DNA from: Schizochytrium sp. TIO01
Lineage: Eukaryota > Protista > Bigyra: Labyrinthulomycetes
Direction of reading: 5' to 3'
Length of the DNA: 64,000 nucleotides
NCBI GenBank assembly: GCA_004764695.1
Contig: SMSO01000035.1
Coordinates: 2,728,001-2,792,000, forward strand
Each line of letters begins with the position of its first letter. The stretch's first letter is position 1. The notes beneath the pieces were generated by a model. It searched no databases. It was not told the origin of the DNA and saw only the letters and a program-made list of their open reading frames with translations. The position numbers and the translations under genes are program-made. Below are positions 34,072-48,200 of this stretch, piece by piece.

Positions 34072-37002
34072 TCACATTATGATGGTGCCGTCGTGAATCA
34101 ACGATTACTCGACTCATAGATACTACCTACTGCTGCATTTACCGTCAGTGGCATTCGAGCCGTCGCCGCTTCTCGTCTCCAAAGCGATTGCGAATGACCG
34201 ACTGATCGAGGTACCTACCTACCTACGCACCTATCTACCTGTCGGTGCGCTGGAGTCGCTGCAGCTGCAGCTGCAGCAGCGTACGAAGCGAGAGGCTTTC
34301 CAGGCAGGCAAGATCACGATGGATGCCTTGTTTGCTTTCGCTTTCAATCTGTGAGTGTTCTCGATTCGCGGAACCACATCTGCCTCCTGCTCTATTGCGA
34401 GAACGAACTTGAAGAGCGGTTTTATCGACCAAAGTTAGTTTGTGTGTCTGCGAACTCACGACGATGACTTTTCGTGCAAAGCTGCCGTCGTTGAGGGATG
34501 CAATGATGCAATCATCTTCGGAATCCCGGAAAGAATTGCCTACGACCCTGTGTAATCCTTTTCTTTTTCTTTTTTCTTTTTTCGATGATTCGTTATATAT
34601 ATTTATGTAGAAAAGATAACAATAAATTGCACTCTTTTAATTAAAATTGAAGTGCTGTTTTTTACTTTAAAGAATAAAATATCCTGCAAGTTCTCTATAA
34701 AACTTTAACAAAACAGAAATTAACAAAAATGACTTTTATCAAAACTTTGAAAATGAGATTATAATTTTCTATGAAAGGAGATGTGCCGTTGCTGCTCAAG
34801 CTCAAGTCAGAGCCCTTGAGGCGCGAGGGACTTGAAAGCGACCCTTCTGCCCGTCAGCAGTTGCGCCACCAGACTCCCTTATTTCCTTGCGCAGGCTCTC
34901 AACCCTCCGCTGCAGAAAACTATATCACGCTGAGATGGGGATGAAAGATCAACTTGCTGGCATGTAAGAAATACAGAAAGGATTGTAAACAGAAATGAAA
35001 TCTTTTACTGCGGTGGTGCAGTCTATACTAGACCCAGGGTATATGTTCCTTGCGTCATCATCTTCGTTTGGTGCGGTCCGATCTCTAACCGAGGCGACAA
35101 AAGTATCGCGCGTTACTCGGGCTTTCACTGCCTCTGTACACGACAGTGCGGTGTGAAGAACAAAAAACAAAGTCCTCGGATTGATGTGAACACTGTGAGG
35201 GGAACTCAAAAGATGTATGAGAGAGGGGAATCGTCTGTACGTGCAGATACCGGCGGACATGGGTTTAGACATTCAGAGATCCTGTTAGAGATAGGATTCT
35301 TGGATAAGCTAAACCTCTTTATTTTAAATCAAAACAAAACAATAAACCAATCATCACCAAAACATTAAGTTGTCGAGCTTCAGGAATTGGGCATATTGGG
35401 TTATTAAGGAGAACTCAAGGTACCAATCCAGAAACCACTTCGTTCTTGTGAAGAATATGACTCTCTCAGCATATTCAAAATTTGATCTTTAGACTTGATT
35501 GTCATGCCGGCATGGTATCCTAACAATGCAGTTTATTATGATTATGAAAGCGATGACGACGATAACTTTTCCTGGGGGAGGGGGGAATAACTAGTGAGGA
35601 ATTAGTAATTTAGATAGGATCAAAACCCGCATCTCCAACGACGTCATGAATAAGGTTGAACCCAACATTCGCGCACTTTGACGTGCCATTTCAGTATTAC
35701 GCATCGAGGATTGAGCATAATGGTCTCATCAGACGTTGCTTGGTTGCCAGTATACCGAAGACAGACAAATTATGGCGATTCAAGGAATCTCACATATCCT
35801 TTATCATTTGAAATTGTTTAATATCTTATGGGTAAGGCCTTTTCAAATCTCCAACATGATCTCTTTGAGTCGCCCTTTTTTCAAGACTAATTAGTGTGGG
35901 GATGCAAGTGATACCAATGATGAGGTGTAATTTCCTTTTACTTTGCATTTTCCTTTAACTTTAATACTTTCCCATCATACCGAGTGATGCGTTACGCTAA
36001 AAGATTTTATAAAAAGAGTTGTCTTTTTTCATAGCAGATTGGGAACCTTGTACAACTAGCAAAGTAGGGGCGTGCAAAAGAGAAGAGGCATGTAGTATCA
36101 ATCAATCGGTCATTTGCACAGATGATCAGAACACTCAGTATCAAATGTAATCCTTGTTCCTCAGAAGAACTCATTGTTAAAAGGGTGACGAAAACAAATC
36201 GATGCAACATAAAGCGATGTGTTATGATGATCGTGTATAATTTATGTACGACACCACTGTGGCTTTAAGAAGTGACACTGTATACACAAGTAACTTTTGC
36301 TCGAATGAGATGGCTTTGTGAATTGATCTTCTCTATGTAGTCACAATGTCTGATGAATGTAGATTCAGTTTTACAAGTTCCGCATCGACAGGATCTGCTT
36401 TTCGCCTTGATCCACTTTGGAACCGACAAGATGATTCCTTCTTTTCTTCCCCGAGCATCCCTTGGTATGAAACATGACGATCTATTGGCAACATCTCTGT
36501 TGCATCTGGCATTCAACCTAAACTTGTCGTACAATATAAATCGAGTAACTTTCATTCAATTTCAAGTTTCACATCAGCAGCAACGATTCCACTGTCTACT
36601 TTTATATGCTCGAACTTTGGGGTTTTAAAAATAAAGAAAAGTAATGTAAACGTAAAACATATTCAATTGTTTCCTTTTAAAAAAGAAAAGAAAACCTTTT
36701 CAGAAAAATTGAAAAGAACGGGAACGGAGAACGTCCCCTACCGCTATCGGTCCAAGCAACCCCAGGGTCGTAGTCTTAGCATAGAAACTTTAAATTGGTA
36801 AGTTTGTGCCAAGAAGCGGCCTGCTTTTCGCCTTTTCAGTGCTTGCGCCAGCTATTTGGATGCGGCGGGTCGCGAAGTCGAGGTCCCAGCGGAGGAACAG
36901 GAAGAGGCGGCGGTATTAGAGAATTGGCTACATGGGCAGGCCGGCTTTTGCTAGCAACAAAGAGGCTTCTCGTGCCGGGATTGGTGCTCTTGCATCGCGT
37001 TC

Positions 37003-37075
37003 GCAATTGCAATTGCAATTGCATTTGCATTTGCATTTGCATTAGCTCGCTCGCTTGCTTGCTTGCTTGCTTGCT
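37003..37075. repeat. (TTGCAA/TTGCAT)n followed by (GCTT)n
   Basis: Read directly; the first part is self-complementary. Confidence 0.85.
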
Positions 37076-40000
37076 CACGCTTGAAGAAAGCAAGCGAGGG
37101 CGCTGATCACGGTCTGGCCAAGAGCACAAAGGGTGCGAAGGCACGGCGAAGAAGCCAATCAATCAACTGTTCGATCAATCTCTGATGGCGGAGCCACGGA
37201 AGGATTTGTGATGGTCTCCAAAGAGGCGACTATGAATGATGGATGAGTGGTGGAGGTGAGGTAGGACCTAATAACCTCACACGTGAAGTAGTATTAGGTT
37301 AGCAAGGAAGGGGAAAGAGAGGACAGAAGATTGAATCCTTCATCTCTTCAACCCAAAACATAAACTTAAAAAAATAAAACATATTGAGAAATTCTGAAAG
37401 AGGCTTTTGATCAGCATGCGAATCTAGTGACACGACGTCTCCATCCACTTGCAGCGGGTGCTTCTGGCGATAGAGGCCGGCGTGGCAACTTGCTGCTTTG
37501 CAAATGAGGAAGTCAAACACCAACAATGCCACCCGTGCCAGCAGGTATCAGCAATTCATTTGCTAAAATTGACAGCATGGAATGAGCGACAGACCCCTTT
37601 CATTGGCAGCAGAGATTCAATTCACGTTTTCTTTTTCTCTTTGAGAAGAGAAAGAATGGGAATCCGCCACTTTTCAAAGCATTGAATCGATTTGTGATGA
37701 CGATCATGGTGACGCTTCCTTGTCTACCGATGATTCATTCAAGATCGTGAGCTCAGCGGGCGCCTAGGCTGGAGGCGAGGATGGGACGAGCTCCGCCTGC
37801 CGCTTATCGCCCAGGAGCTGCGTCGCAGCGGCAAGGCCCGCTTGCATTTCATCGAGGGGCAGAGACGAGACGAGAGGCAGAGGCAGAGAGGCAGGCAGGC
37901 CAAAGGAAGTTTCGGCAGGAGCTGAGCGGGCCACTTTGGAGAACACAAGGGCGTAGGCCTAGGACTCGCCTAAGACCGAAATAGGTTCAACGCACGCACT
38001 GTGATGATTGGAAAATGAATGAATTCTGCTATGAGGTAGGTACTAAGGCTGTTATGAGGAAGGAAACTAGGAAGGCGCTTCGAGTTCCAGTCGCAGAAAA
38101 AGAGACAAAGGCTATGTTTGAAATTATTTAAAATTTTAATTTCTTTGATGAAACCTTGAGAATTTAGTTAGTTGTTTTTCAAGCCAAAAAGTATTAAATA
38201 GACTAACTTTGATAGACTAATTAAAATTCTTACGAAGTACTTCAATCAAATATATATGTTGAAAGGAAAAAGGCACATCGAACGAAAGGATTTTCCTTGC
38301 GAGTCTGCTTTTCCGTCGTCTTCACAATACTGGGCTTGAGGGAAAACTCCCCCGCGGTCTACACGAAGAGACACGATCATGAGTGGCACCGTTGCCTTCT
38401 TAGCTCTCACCGCTCTGAAGGCCTCTCACCGCTCCGAACGCTCTGGAGCTGGTATTTTCAAACTCAGAAGTGAAATAGAGATATTTTTGTTCCTACGCCC
38501 ATTGTTTTGCTGGACTCGTTAGAAAAGGTTCTAAAACACTCACTCGCTCACTCTCCTCAAAACTCATTCTCCTCAACTTACCACCTGCTGAGTATTCATT
38601 TCTTTCGATACCCGTTACAAATGCTGCTTTGAAAGATGAAAAACTAGAAATCATCATCGTCTCCTTCGAAGTTCTCGCTCATTTCAAGACAGAGACAGAG
38701 AGAGAGAGGGAGAGAGAGAGAGAAAGACAGATAGCAAACCTTCACAATCAGCACAAACGGCTTACAGCGGCCAAGGGACGTGCCGAAGTGACGGAGAAAT
38801 AAGCAAACTGCGGCCGTTTGGCGCTGGATGTACGTTGTATCAGCGAGGAATTGAGATTGGGCTGCGGAGTCGGCGGCGAATTGGGGTGGCGATATTGATC
38901 GTTTTCAAAAGCCTTAATCTTCGTTTTCTTTTCAACCCTTTTTTCTTTTCATTAACAGCCAACTTGGTAGTAGGGCTTCAAGTTCTGCCCTGTTTACCTA
39001 TCTATCTAGCACCATGGTACCAATTAGGCACCTTCACTGTCAGCGTTAGCAGTTATATTGTTTTGCTTTTTATAAAACAGAAAGAAAAGAAAAGAAAAGA
39101 AAAGAAAATGAAACAAACAATGATTATTTTTGTTTCGTTGCGGAAAGAGATAGATGGTGGTCTTGGTTCTGTCTGCTCCTTATCTCTTCTGTCCGATGCT
39201 GCCTGCGAAAGACGGAGGCTCGCTACGAAAGCCTGGACAAGGCGCAGGTGGTTGTTTGCCTACAAATGATCGCAAGCTATCTTGATCGAGCAACAGCCGT
39301 CAGAGCGAAGCAGCAAGCAAACTCACCACCAAACCAAAAAGAAGTTACAAATTTTTGTTTCTTTGCATTCGTACTCTAATGGAAACGAAACAAACTTGAA
39401 AACCGCATAATAGGTACTATAGGCAGACAGCCCACCCGACAAATCGTCCCTTTCTCCTATCTCTGCTGGAAGGAAGATGCATGCACATACATACTATACC
39501 TACTAACATGTCGGACCCTCTTCCTGCCCTTCTTTGGGACCTCTGTTTGAAGCTCATTCTGCTCTGGCCAGGTTTGAGGCAGGCATTATGGGATGAAATG
39601 ATCATTGATAGCTTGTTGAAGGTGGTGTGATGGAAAAAAATAGTAAGCAAGCAAAGGAACCCAACCCAACATTCTTCTTTATGCTTTCTAGAGAAGATAT
39701 TTTAAAGGTTTTAAATAATGTCAGTCACCACCGCAATGTTGAAAAAGAGGTAGGTCTGAGCCTACGCGTGGTCTGCAAACAGAAGCTCACAATGGTAAGA
39801 GAGTGCTATACCTGGCTATTTGCGCATCAGCATAGCAGTACGTACTGGGTCCTCCAAGTTGGTAAGTTTTTGCTTCGGTGATGATTTAGTAAGTTTTCTG
39901 CTAAACAAATCAAGGAAATGAAATTGAAGAGTGAAATGACTTTCTTCTAGCCTGAGTCGAATGGTTTCGCAGCTTTTACAATCAGACGCGCAATAAAAGC

Positions 40001-40622
40001 TCGCTGCGCAGGCTCACAGGCTCACAGGCGCATCAGCACATCTGAGTAGGGCATGGCTTCGCAAAAAAAGATTTGAGCAACTACCTAGGTAGTGACGAGA
40101 AGCGTTTGCTTCTTAGGATATTGGTTTTAAAAGTATTTATTTATCTTTTTCTTTTCTTTTTCTTTTTAATATCAAGATTGAACATGTCGGTTTACTCCTT
40201 GTCTTTCTATCTTTGTACTAGCCTGCTGGCTTGCCTTCTCCTCAAATACAATAGCCAAGATTGCTTCCATGCCCTCTCTAGTCTAGTCTCAGCTACTTGG
40301 CATCAAATCAGAATCACCATCGTTGTATGAGTAGAACATAGATATTTATTTGTTTCCAAAGCGAGGGGAAAATGAACTTGCACAGGGCATCAATTTAAAA
40401 ATAAATAAATAAAAAACATCGGTACCTACCAATCTTCCTACCGATGACTAGTACAAAGAGGAAGAAATAAGCAGAATTATTTCAAGGTTTAAAAAAACTT
40501 TGAGAACTTTTCTCTTTTTCCTTTTTTTCTTCTCTTTCAATTCTTTGATTTTATAGAATGACTCTCCAGGCAAAGTGAAGTCCATTAAGAGTTCTTATGG
40601 TTTACAATAGGTACTCTAAGTT

Positions 40623-40624
40623 AA

Positions 40625-40709
<85 letters not shown>

Positions 40710-40730
40710 GAAAGCAAAGCAAAGCAAAGC
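40623..40730. repeat. Compound (AAAG)n-(AG)n-(AAAGC)n microsatellite
   Basis: Read directly from the sequence. Confidence 0.95.
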
Positions 40731-42638
40731 TTCTCCAAGTCGTCGATTCATCAATCGATCTGCGAGGCAGCAAACACCAAACACCAAACGCAACCAAAGC
40801 GCAGACAGCGTAAGTATCTTCAGGTCTCAGAGGTCTTCATGGGAGCGAGGCCCGTCAGCTCGTTGCGGAGCGCAGGCGAAGGAGTCGTGGCCAGCTGGTG
40901 GGCTGGCTGCCTGCCCGGCTGGCGGGCGTGGAGGGAAGGGCAGGCACGGCACGGCCATCATCATTCCCGCTCGGAAACGAGCTGCGAGGAGACGCGGACG
41001 AGCTTTCTACGAGCATTGAGCAGTCCGGCATGATGGCTTGTATCAGGCCTTGGCGTGCAAGCAGGGAACGCGGATCCTCAGTGTGGCCGTGAGGGATCGG
41101 TGCGGAACTATTTGTGAGAGCGGCGGAAGGTACCGTAGAGGGCGCCCTCTGGCGAACCACTGGGCCCCTGGAGAGGCAGTGGGCATGGGAGGGAGAACCT
41201 GCAGGTCTGGGCGTGGAAAACTCGCTTTTGTATTTGAAAAGCCCGAGCAGGCGAGAGAGAACCGGCGACAGTAAAGGCCCGTGGAGGATTTCTTTCTCTT
41301 ACGCCCTCATCTTGCGTTGATGGAATTTGACGGCGAGGAGGTCTTCGCCACAACAACAGAGACGGGATTGCCGATTACAGCAGTGGGAGCTGAGCCAGGC
41401 TTCTGTGCTGCTCTTGGCAGCGTCTGGGTTTCCACGCACGCAAGGTTTGGAGAACGTGTTTTCAAATTCAGGAAATCCGACGTGGCGGGGAGAGAGGAGG
41501 GTTTTCATTCACTCATTATTGCTTCCTTGTTTGGTCTCCCCCTCTCTGTCTGTCTCTGCTGCACCCCTCTCCTTTTTCGGCGAAAAGAAAGAGCTTTGGA
41601 AACAAAAGCTTCAATTGGATGTGACGCATGAACAGAAATGGTGGCATGAAAACTTGAAAAAATCATATGCATTTCTCTTTTTGCGATCGATCTTCCTTTT
41701 GCGCTTTCTCTCTCTCTCTCTCTCTCTTTTCTCTCCCTCCCGCGCGCGCGCTTTTTCGTTTATTTATAAATTTGAATGTGAATGAATGAAAAACAAACAA
41801 AATGTAAGGCTCCGTCTCCCTCTCCAAGTATTTCCTCCTCTTTCTCTTTTTTCATTCAAAACTTTCAATCTCTCTTTTAGTTACCTTATTTTAATTATTT
41901 GTTTAATTAAAATTAAGATAGGAGCAAAAGAAGGAGTGAGTGATGGATCAGTCGCACCAGTCCGCCAACTGGCGCAAGATCACCAAGTCGCGACAAGGTA
42001 GGTGCGATGCACTCTCGCTAACCTCCGCTGCAACAGAGGCCCAGTCTCAGGCCAACCCTAGCTTTGTCTAGCGTCTGAGATAGATAGACGTGCCCAGCAG
42101 TGGCTGTCGCGATTTTTTGAATGAGGATGAGGGGTGTTGCTAGCTTGAAAGAAGAACACAGAATACACGTTTTGTTTATGTTGGCTTGCGAGAGAGAGAG
42201 AGAGAGACAGGCAGCCAAACAGATGACAACTTGAAGGCAGGCGTTAGCCTGCCTTCGAAAGCGTGCACGTTTTCTTCTTTGAAGAAGCGAAGGTATGGAA
42301 GAGTGGAGTAGTCCTGAGAGCATTTGGATGTGCGTTGACTTACTTTTTTTTTTTAAGACTGAGAGATCTCAAGCTGAAGCAATGAGGATCCGGAAAGGGG
42401 GGAGGGTGGCTCGAATTGGTCTCCAAGCAAGGAAATCGTGAAACGGGAGGTGAGATGAACAAAGCAATGTGTCATTGCATATGAACTGAGCAAAGGCAAC
42501 TAACCGATAGGCATTTAATGATCGTTGATTGGTATTCTTTTGTGGCGCTGTTTGCATATACAGGAAAAGGTTTGCAACTCTTTCTAATTTTTTTATATTT
42601 TCATTTAAGTCAAGGAATCAAACCCCTCCAAAGCAAAC

Positions 42639-43604
42639 ATGTTGGCAAGATCTGTACTTCGCGCTCAGCGCCCTGCCACTATGATGTCGGCCCGTGCATT
42701 CTCCGCCACCGCCAACGTCTGGGTTGACAAGAACACCAAGGTTCTCTGCCAAGGATTTACCGGTAAGCAGGGTACTTTCCACAGTGAGCAGGCCATCGCG
42801 TATGGCACTAAGATGATCGGAGGCACCAGCCCCGGCAAGGGTGGTCAGGAGCACCTTGGTCTCCCCGTGTTCAACACCGTCAAGGAGGCCCAGGATGCCG
42901 TTGGTGTTGATGCCTCTGTGATCTTTGTCCCGCCCCCTGTCGCTGCCAGTGCTATTCTTGAGGCCATCGAGGCTGAGGTGCCGCTCGTCGTTTGCATTAC
43001 TGAGGGTATCCCCCAGCAGGACATGCTCAAGGTCAAGTGGCATCTGCAGCGCCAGACCACCACCCGTCTCATCGGACCTAACTGCCCTGGCATCATCAAG
43101 CCCAACGAGTGCAAGATCGGTATCATGCCCGGCTACATTCACTCCCCCGGTAAGATCGGTGTTGTGTCCCGTTCTGGAACCCTCACCTACGAAGCTGTCG
43201 CGCAGACCACTGAGGCAGGTCTTGGCCAGTCCACTGTTGTCGGAATTGGCGGTGACCCCTTCAACGGAACCAACTTCATTGACTGCCTCGAGAGGTTCAC
43301 CAACGACCCTGAGACTGAGGGTATCATCATGATTGGTGAGATTGGTGGAACTGCTGAGGAGGAGGCAGCGGAGTGGCTCAAGCAGAACGGAGACCCCAAC
43401 AAGCCCGTCGTCAGCTTCATTGCTGGACTTACCGCGCCGCCTGGCCGTCGTATGGGCCATGCAGGAGCCATCATTTCGGGAGGCAAGGGTACTGCCAAGG
43501 CCAAGATGGAGGCCCTCAAGGATGCTGGTGCTTTTGTCACCGAGTCCCCGGCCAAGCTTGGTAGCACCATGCTTGAGGCTCTCAAGTCCATGGGAAAGGC
43601 CTAA
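42639..43604 (+). CDS. SUCLG1: Succinyl-CoA ligase alpha subunit, mitochondrial precursor
   Basis: [48 protein letters not shown] (phospho-His loop). Arg-rich presequence without acidic residues; strong codon bias. Confidence 0.98.
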   Translation: MLARSVLRAQRPATMMSARAFSATANVWVDKNTKVLCQGFTGKQGTFHSEQAIAYGTKMIGGTSPGKGGQEHLGLPVFNTVKEAQDAVGVDASVIFVPPPVAASAILEAIEAEVPLVVCITEGIPQQDMLKVKWHLQRQTTTRLIGPNCPGIIKPNECKIGIMPGYIHSPGKIGVVSRSGTLTYEAVAQTTEAGLGQSTVVGIGGDPFNGTNFIDCLERFTNDPETEGIIMIGEIGGTAEEEAAEWLKQNGDPNKPVVSFIAGLTAPPGRRMGHAGAIISGGKGTAKAKMEALKDAGAFVTESPAKLGSTMLEALKSMGKA

Positions 43605-45253
43605 GAAGTTAGCCTTTTTTCCTCCCTTTTGTCAATCTGCTGTTCAATCTCCCGCTTTCCGGAGCAAGAAAGCAAGGGACAAGGCCGCAGTAACCACTTG
43701 TGTTCCCAAAGCCGGACGCATCCGTTCTTAGGTCGTCTGGATGCACACAGAACTCTCTACTTTCTGCAAGCAAGCAAGCTCTTACACCTTTTTCTCTTAT
43801 CTTTAAAAACACACCCGTACTTTTACATTTCATGAAAACAAAATGCCAGCACCCACGCCCTGCCAAGTGCAAATGTTCGACGGTAGTTGAACGGTCAAGA
43901 CGATCTCTACACATACTTATTGTACACGCATGTGAAACCGTGGTCAAGGTCATAAATAACCACTTTTGGAAAGAAACGAACTGACTGGTTGTAAAGCAGT
44001 ATCTCTCCTCTTTTTATTTTTTTTATAAGTATTGAGCAATTCGTGATCACCATCTTCACAGCTTCAACGGATTTTCCTGTTTACCTTCCAGTCGAAGATA
44101 AGAGCGGGTAGCTCTTTTGCTTTTTCCATTTTAGAAGCTGTAGAATAACAAATGGGTCTCGAATACCTCATTGCATTCAATCATTCATTTTCCTTTTTCT
44201 TTCAAGCAACCATAAAAATTGGCTCTTGTATTCGTATAACAGGTAGAGGTAGGTAGGAACCTGCATGCAAGCGCTTGGGAAGTCGGTCAGACTGAATTCG
44301 ATTTCGAGCATCGTTGTGTCATGCTCAACTATTCATTACATTTCTTCGATTTTCACGGTATCCCTTTTTTGCTCAAATGACTTATGGAGGTAAGTATATT
44401 CTGAAGTGGCAAGTAAGACGAAAATATCAAAGGGCTTTCCTCAATTTGATAAAGGTATGTTTTAAAAAATGTTGGCCGAATTGGAATTTTGTTTTCCAAG
44501 AAAGCTTCTTTTATTTTGTTTTCAGCATAGTACAAAATGAGTCTGCTTATAATATTATAATATACAGCGTGTTTTGCAAGCTTCATTTGTCACTCTAAAG
44601 ATCGCACCGAAATACAAGGTCTACTTTTACTTCTTGAGTTTTATGCCGCCTCATGTCTCGTTTCAATTTCACGTCCAAGGCTTTGTTTTCAATTGCAGCT
44701 TTGGGTTTCGGTCAACTTTACAGTGGATATTTGTTTCAATGTTAGAGTTGAAGGCATGCTCTGGATTCGGGAGTGTTTTTGATTCAATTTATTACTAATC
44801 AAATAAACAAGTTAGTAGAAAGTGAGGATTTCTCACCTTCGTCACCTTCGTCACCTTCGACAGACCTTTAATTCCTAGATGCTACGATTTGGTAGTCATA
44901 CCTACTAACTAGGTACAAAGGAAAGGTTACCTTGTCCGCGGTGTGCGCAACCCCAAAATTCAACGTCTCTTTTCTTTCTTTTTTCTTATATTCATGATAA
45001 AATGGCAAGCAGTTATAGGCCCATCTGAATTAAGTGGTACAAGCCCAAGCAAGCCCTGCATGGGCACACAAGCGAAGCGAACGCAAAGACTGGTCTGTTG
45101 CAAAGAGGATAATTACGTGGGACTTTGCTGGATATTTTCTCCAGAGGCGCAAGCACCAAAGCTTGGCATGCGCAACGATACCCAGTGCTCCGCAACTGTC
45201 TTGCGTTGTTAACGCATCTGTGACAGAGCAAGGCTAATTGTCTTTGCAATCCC

Positions 45254-48200
45254 ATGTCTGTAGACCCACGGAGCTCTGTGGAGTCCTTACTGGCGCGTTA
45301 TGGAACAATTCATGATGTCGATGCACAGCGCAAAGCGATTGCGAACCTTTACGAAATTGTCAGAGCTCGCACGGTCAGCCTCGAAAAACTAATTGGACCC
45401 GTGCGCGTGGAGCTACTCTCGCCACTTCTTTTCCACGTTAACGACGAGAATGCGTCAAGAAGAACGCGAATTAAAGCATGCAGAGTGCTGACTGCGCTTC
45501 TTGGCAACGGCGCTCCTGCTGCTCGATTCGAAGCGGTGACGGGGAATGAGGAGGATCTCGATGACGAGCGTTTAGAAAAGCTGAAAGGCGAAGATAAAAT
45601 TTCCGCAAACTACCGACACCATGATATACAACAACAAAGTGGCGGCACACAAAAGACGATTTCGCGCATTAATCGAAGGGAGGCGGGTGTAATTAGAACT
45701 TCAATGTTGAAACAAGGAGGAAATGCCTCTTCAAGCAGCAATTCAGATGGAGAAGAACCTGCACACACTCAACCTATACGCAATGAACGTGTTGAGGTAG
45801 ATTTAGTTGATCGTCCAAGTAAGAAGCAAAAAATGATCAGGAGTGCCTCTTCCCGCACAAGAAAACCCAAGCGACGCGGATTCCTAGTTCCTCGAAATCC
45901 TGAAATTCCAAAGAAACGAGCCCGAGCCGAGCGAAAAGGTCTCACGGGAGTTCTTCTTGAAGATCAAGCCACACATATCAAAACAAAAGAAGACTCTTGG
46001 CGCTATCTAGGATATGATATTCCACTTCTTTGGTACCCCAAGACGAAAGAGAGTCTACGACAACACAGACTTATGCCAGAAGATGATCCCGCATCTACAT
46101 CAAACACGCCTAGGCTTCCACAGATTGCCAGCGCAGAAACTCAAAAACCCACCTCGGCACATAACGCTACAACGATTAAAACTTTTACGAACCGCTTCGT
46201 TGGTCATTCGATCCGCCAACAACGACAGCAGACGCATGCACAGCAAGAACGCGAACTCGTATATTCTCCAAGACACTTTGATATAGCTACTGAGGAAGAA
46301 TTGGAGCAAATTTTGGTACAAGAGCGAGCTCTGTGGAAGGCAATTGACGAAGGAATTAGAGAAAAGAGATTATCTTTGCCTTCAAATTTTTTACTTGAGC
46401 AGGGTCTGGAAGTTGCGTATACGCGCGAGATCGCGCGAAGAGTGTTGGATAGACTGTTTCGCTACGCAGGGCGTGAGCCTCTGCGTGCACCTTTTCGCAA
46501 GTGGCATGCTCATACCCTTGAGCTTCGGTTCGAGGAATTTTCTCGTTACGCAAGTCTTGAGAAGCTTCGAGGCATCATCCGTCGTATGCTGAGATTCCAA
46601 ATCGTTCGCGGATGGGAAACATGGACCCTCTTTGTTCAAGATTGTAAACTAAGGGAGCGTGTCGCGGCGACAATCGTCTTCCAGAAGCACTGGCGAGGTA
46701 TCAAAGATCGCCGGTTTTTTGCTGTCCATAAACGAAGGTGGTATGCAGCAAGGAAAATCCAAACATGGAATCGCATGCTGGTGCAAGTCTTTGCATATCG
46801 TCACGTGCGTGCAAATGTGTGTATTATCCAAAGGAACGAAAGAAAATGGGCTGTTCAGCGAATGATCACGCGTTGGCATGCAGCTGCGGTACCAATTCAA
46901 TCCATAGGACGAATGCGGCCATGGTATGTATGGTTTAAACGTGTCAAGGCAGCAACTCTTATGATCCAAGTAAATTATAGGGGTGTTCGAGGAAGGATTC
47001 GTTTCAAGAATGTTTTCGAGTCTTTTGCAAAATCTGAGCAAAACAAATGGCGAGCGGCAGTTTGTATTCAAAAGTGTTGGTATAAATATGGAGCTCACAT
47101 GGTTGTTCATGGCATTCGTCGTCACCAAATCATGATTAACAATGCTGCTCTTGTAATTCAAACACGCTGGTATATATACAAAGAACAATTCCCAGCTTTT
47201 ATCATGATGCGATCGTATCTCATTCAAGATTTGGTTGATAAGCTCGAAGCACGAATGGGAAAACGAGCGAAGCGCGCAGCTTGCGCTTGTAAGATACAAT
47301 CCATGGTCCGTGGTATATTTGCTCAGCGATTATTGGCTCGCAAAAGGTTTGAACGAAACGCAGCAATCTGTGCACAAGCATGCTGTCGAAGTTTTGTTGC
47401 GCGACAAAAAGTGAAACGGTTTGCTTATGTTGTTCAATGCGTTCGTAAACTACAAGTCATGGTGCGAGCTCATTTTGCTCCTAGACATGCCGCCGCTTCT
47501 CTCATTCAGGAATTTGCCTGCAAGCACCTCAATATTCGAGAAAAGGCAGGACCATCTTGGGTTGCACAGGCAGCTTCTCAACATAGAGCCACTCAGAGGC
47601 GCAGGTATGCAGCAACAATCTTGCAAACTTTTATTGCACGACCTTTGAATGCACGTAGGGAACTGATCTGTAGGAAATCTCAACGTATACTTCAACGTTT
47701 GGCGCGTGGTTATCTTGGACGCCGCCGCGCTCGCGCCATGGCAAGTGTTGTACGCCAGAATGTTGCGACCTTTTATGTGAATGATCTCTTAAAAGCGACT
47801 CATGCGGACATGTCGGCTTACATTTATCATCAGCGTAATTTTGCCGCGACAAGAATTCAAGGATGGTATAAGACTTGTAAAGCTCGGATCAAAGCTAAAA
47901 TTCTGCGAAAGTGGCACGCGCGACGGACAAGCGCGGTTCGAGTTATCCAAAAGGTTATACGAGGCCTCCAATGCCGCCGTCGCCTTCGGCTAGAACGCGA
48001 ATTTGAGCGTAGAGTTCGCACAAACCGCTATAAGTCCATTCAAGATCCACGAGAGATTGCCACAACTGCCATAATGCACGCTCGAGCATTTTATGACTCT
48101 GCTGACCCCATGGCAGGCATGCATCCGGTTCAACTATTACACAGGCTTGGGCTTGCTCACTTATGGGAACCCTTGCATATGGGCTCATTTCGAGTAAATG

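Noticed and set aside
39878-39956. Box C (GTGATGA) to box D (CTGA) spacing suggesting a snoRNA; similar at about 36224-36353
   Set aside because: The terminal stem is not in K-turn register and I recognise no rRNA-complementary guide.
42618-43460. 280-aa minus-strand ORF
   Set aside because: Antisense shadow of the strongly codon-biased SUCLG1 CDS. The same applies to ORFs opposite Prp43, PARP and the astacins.
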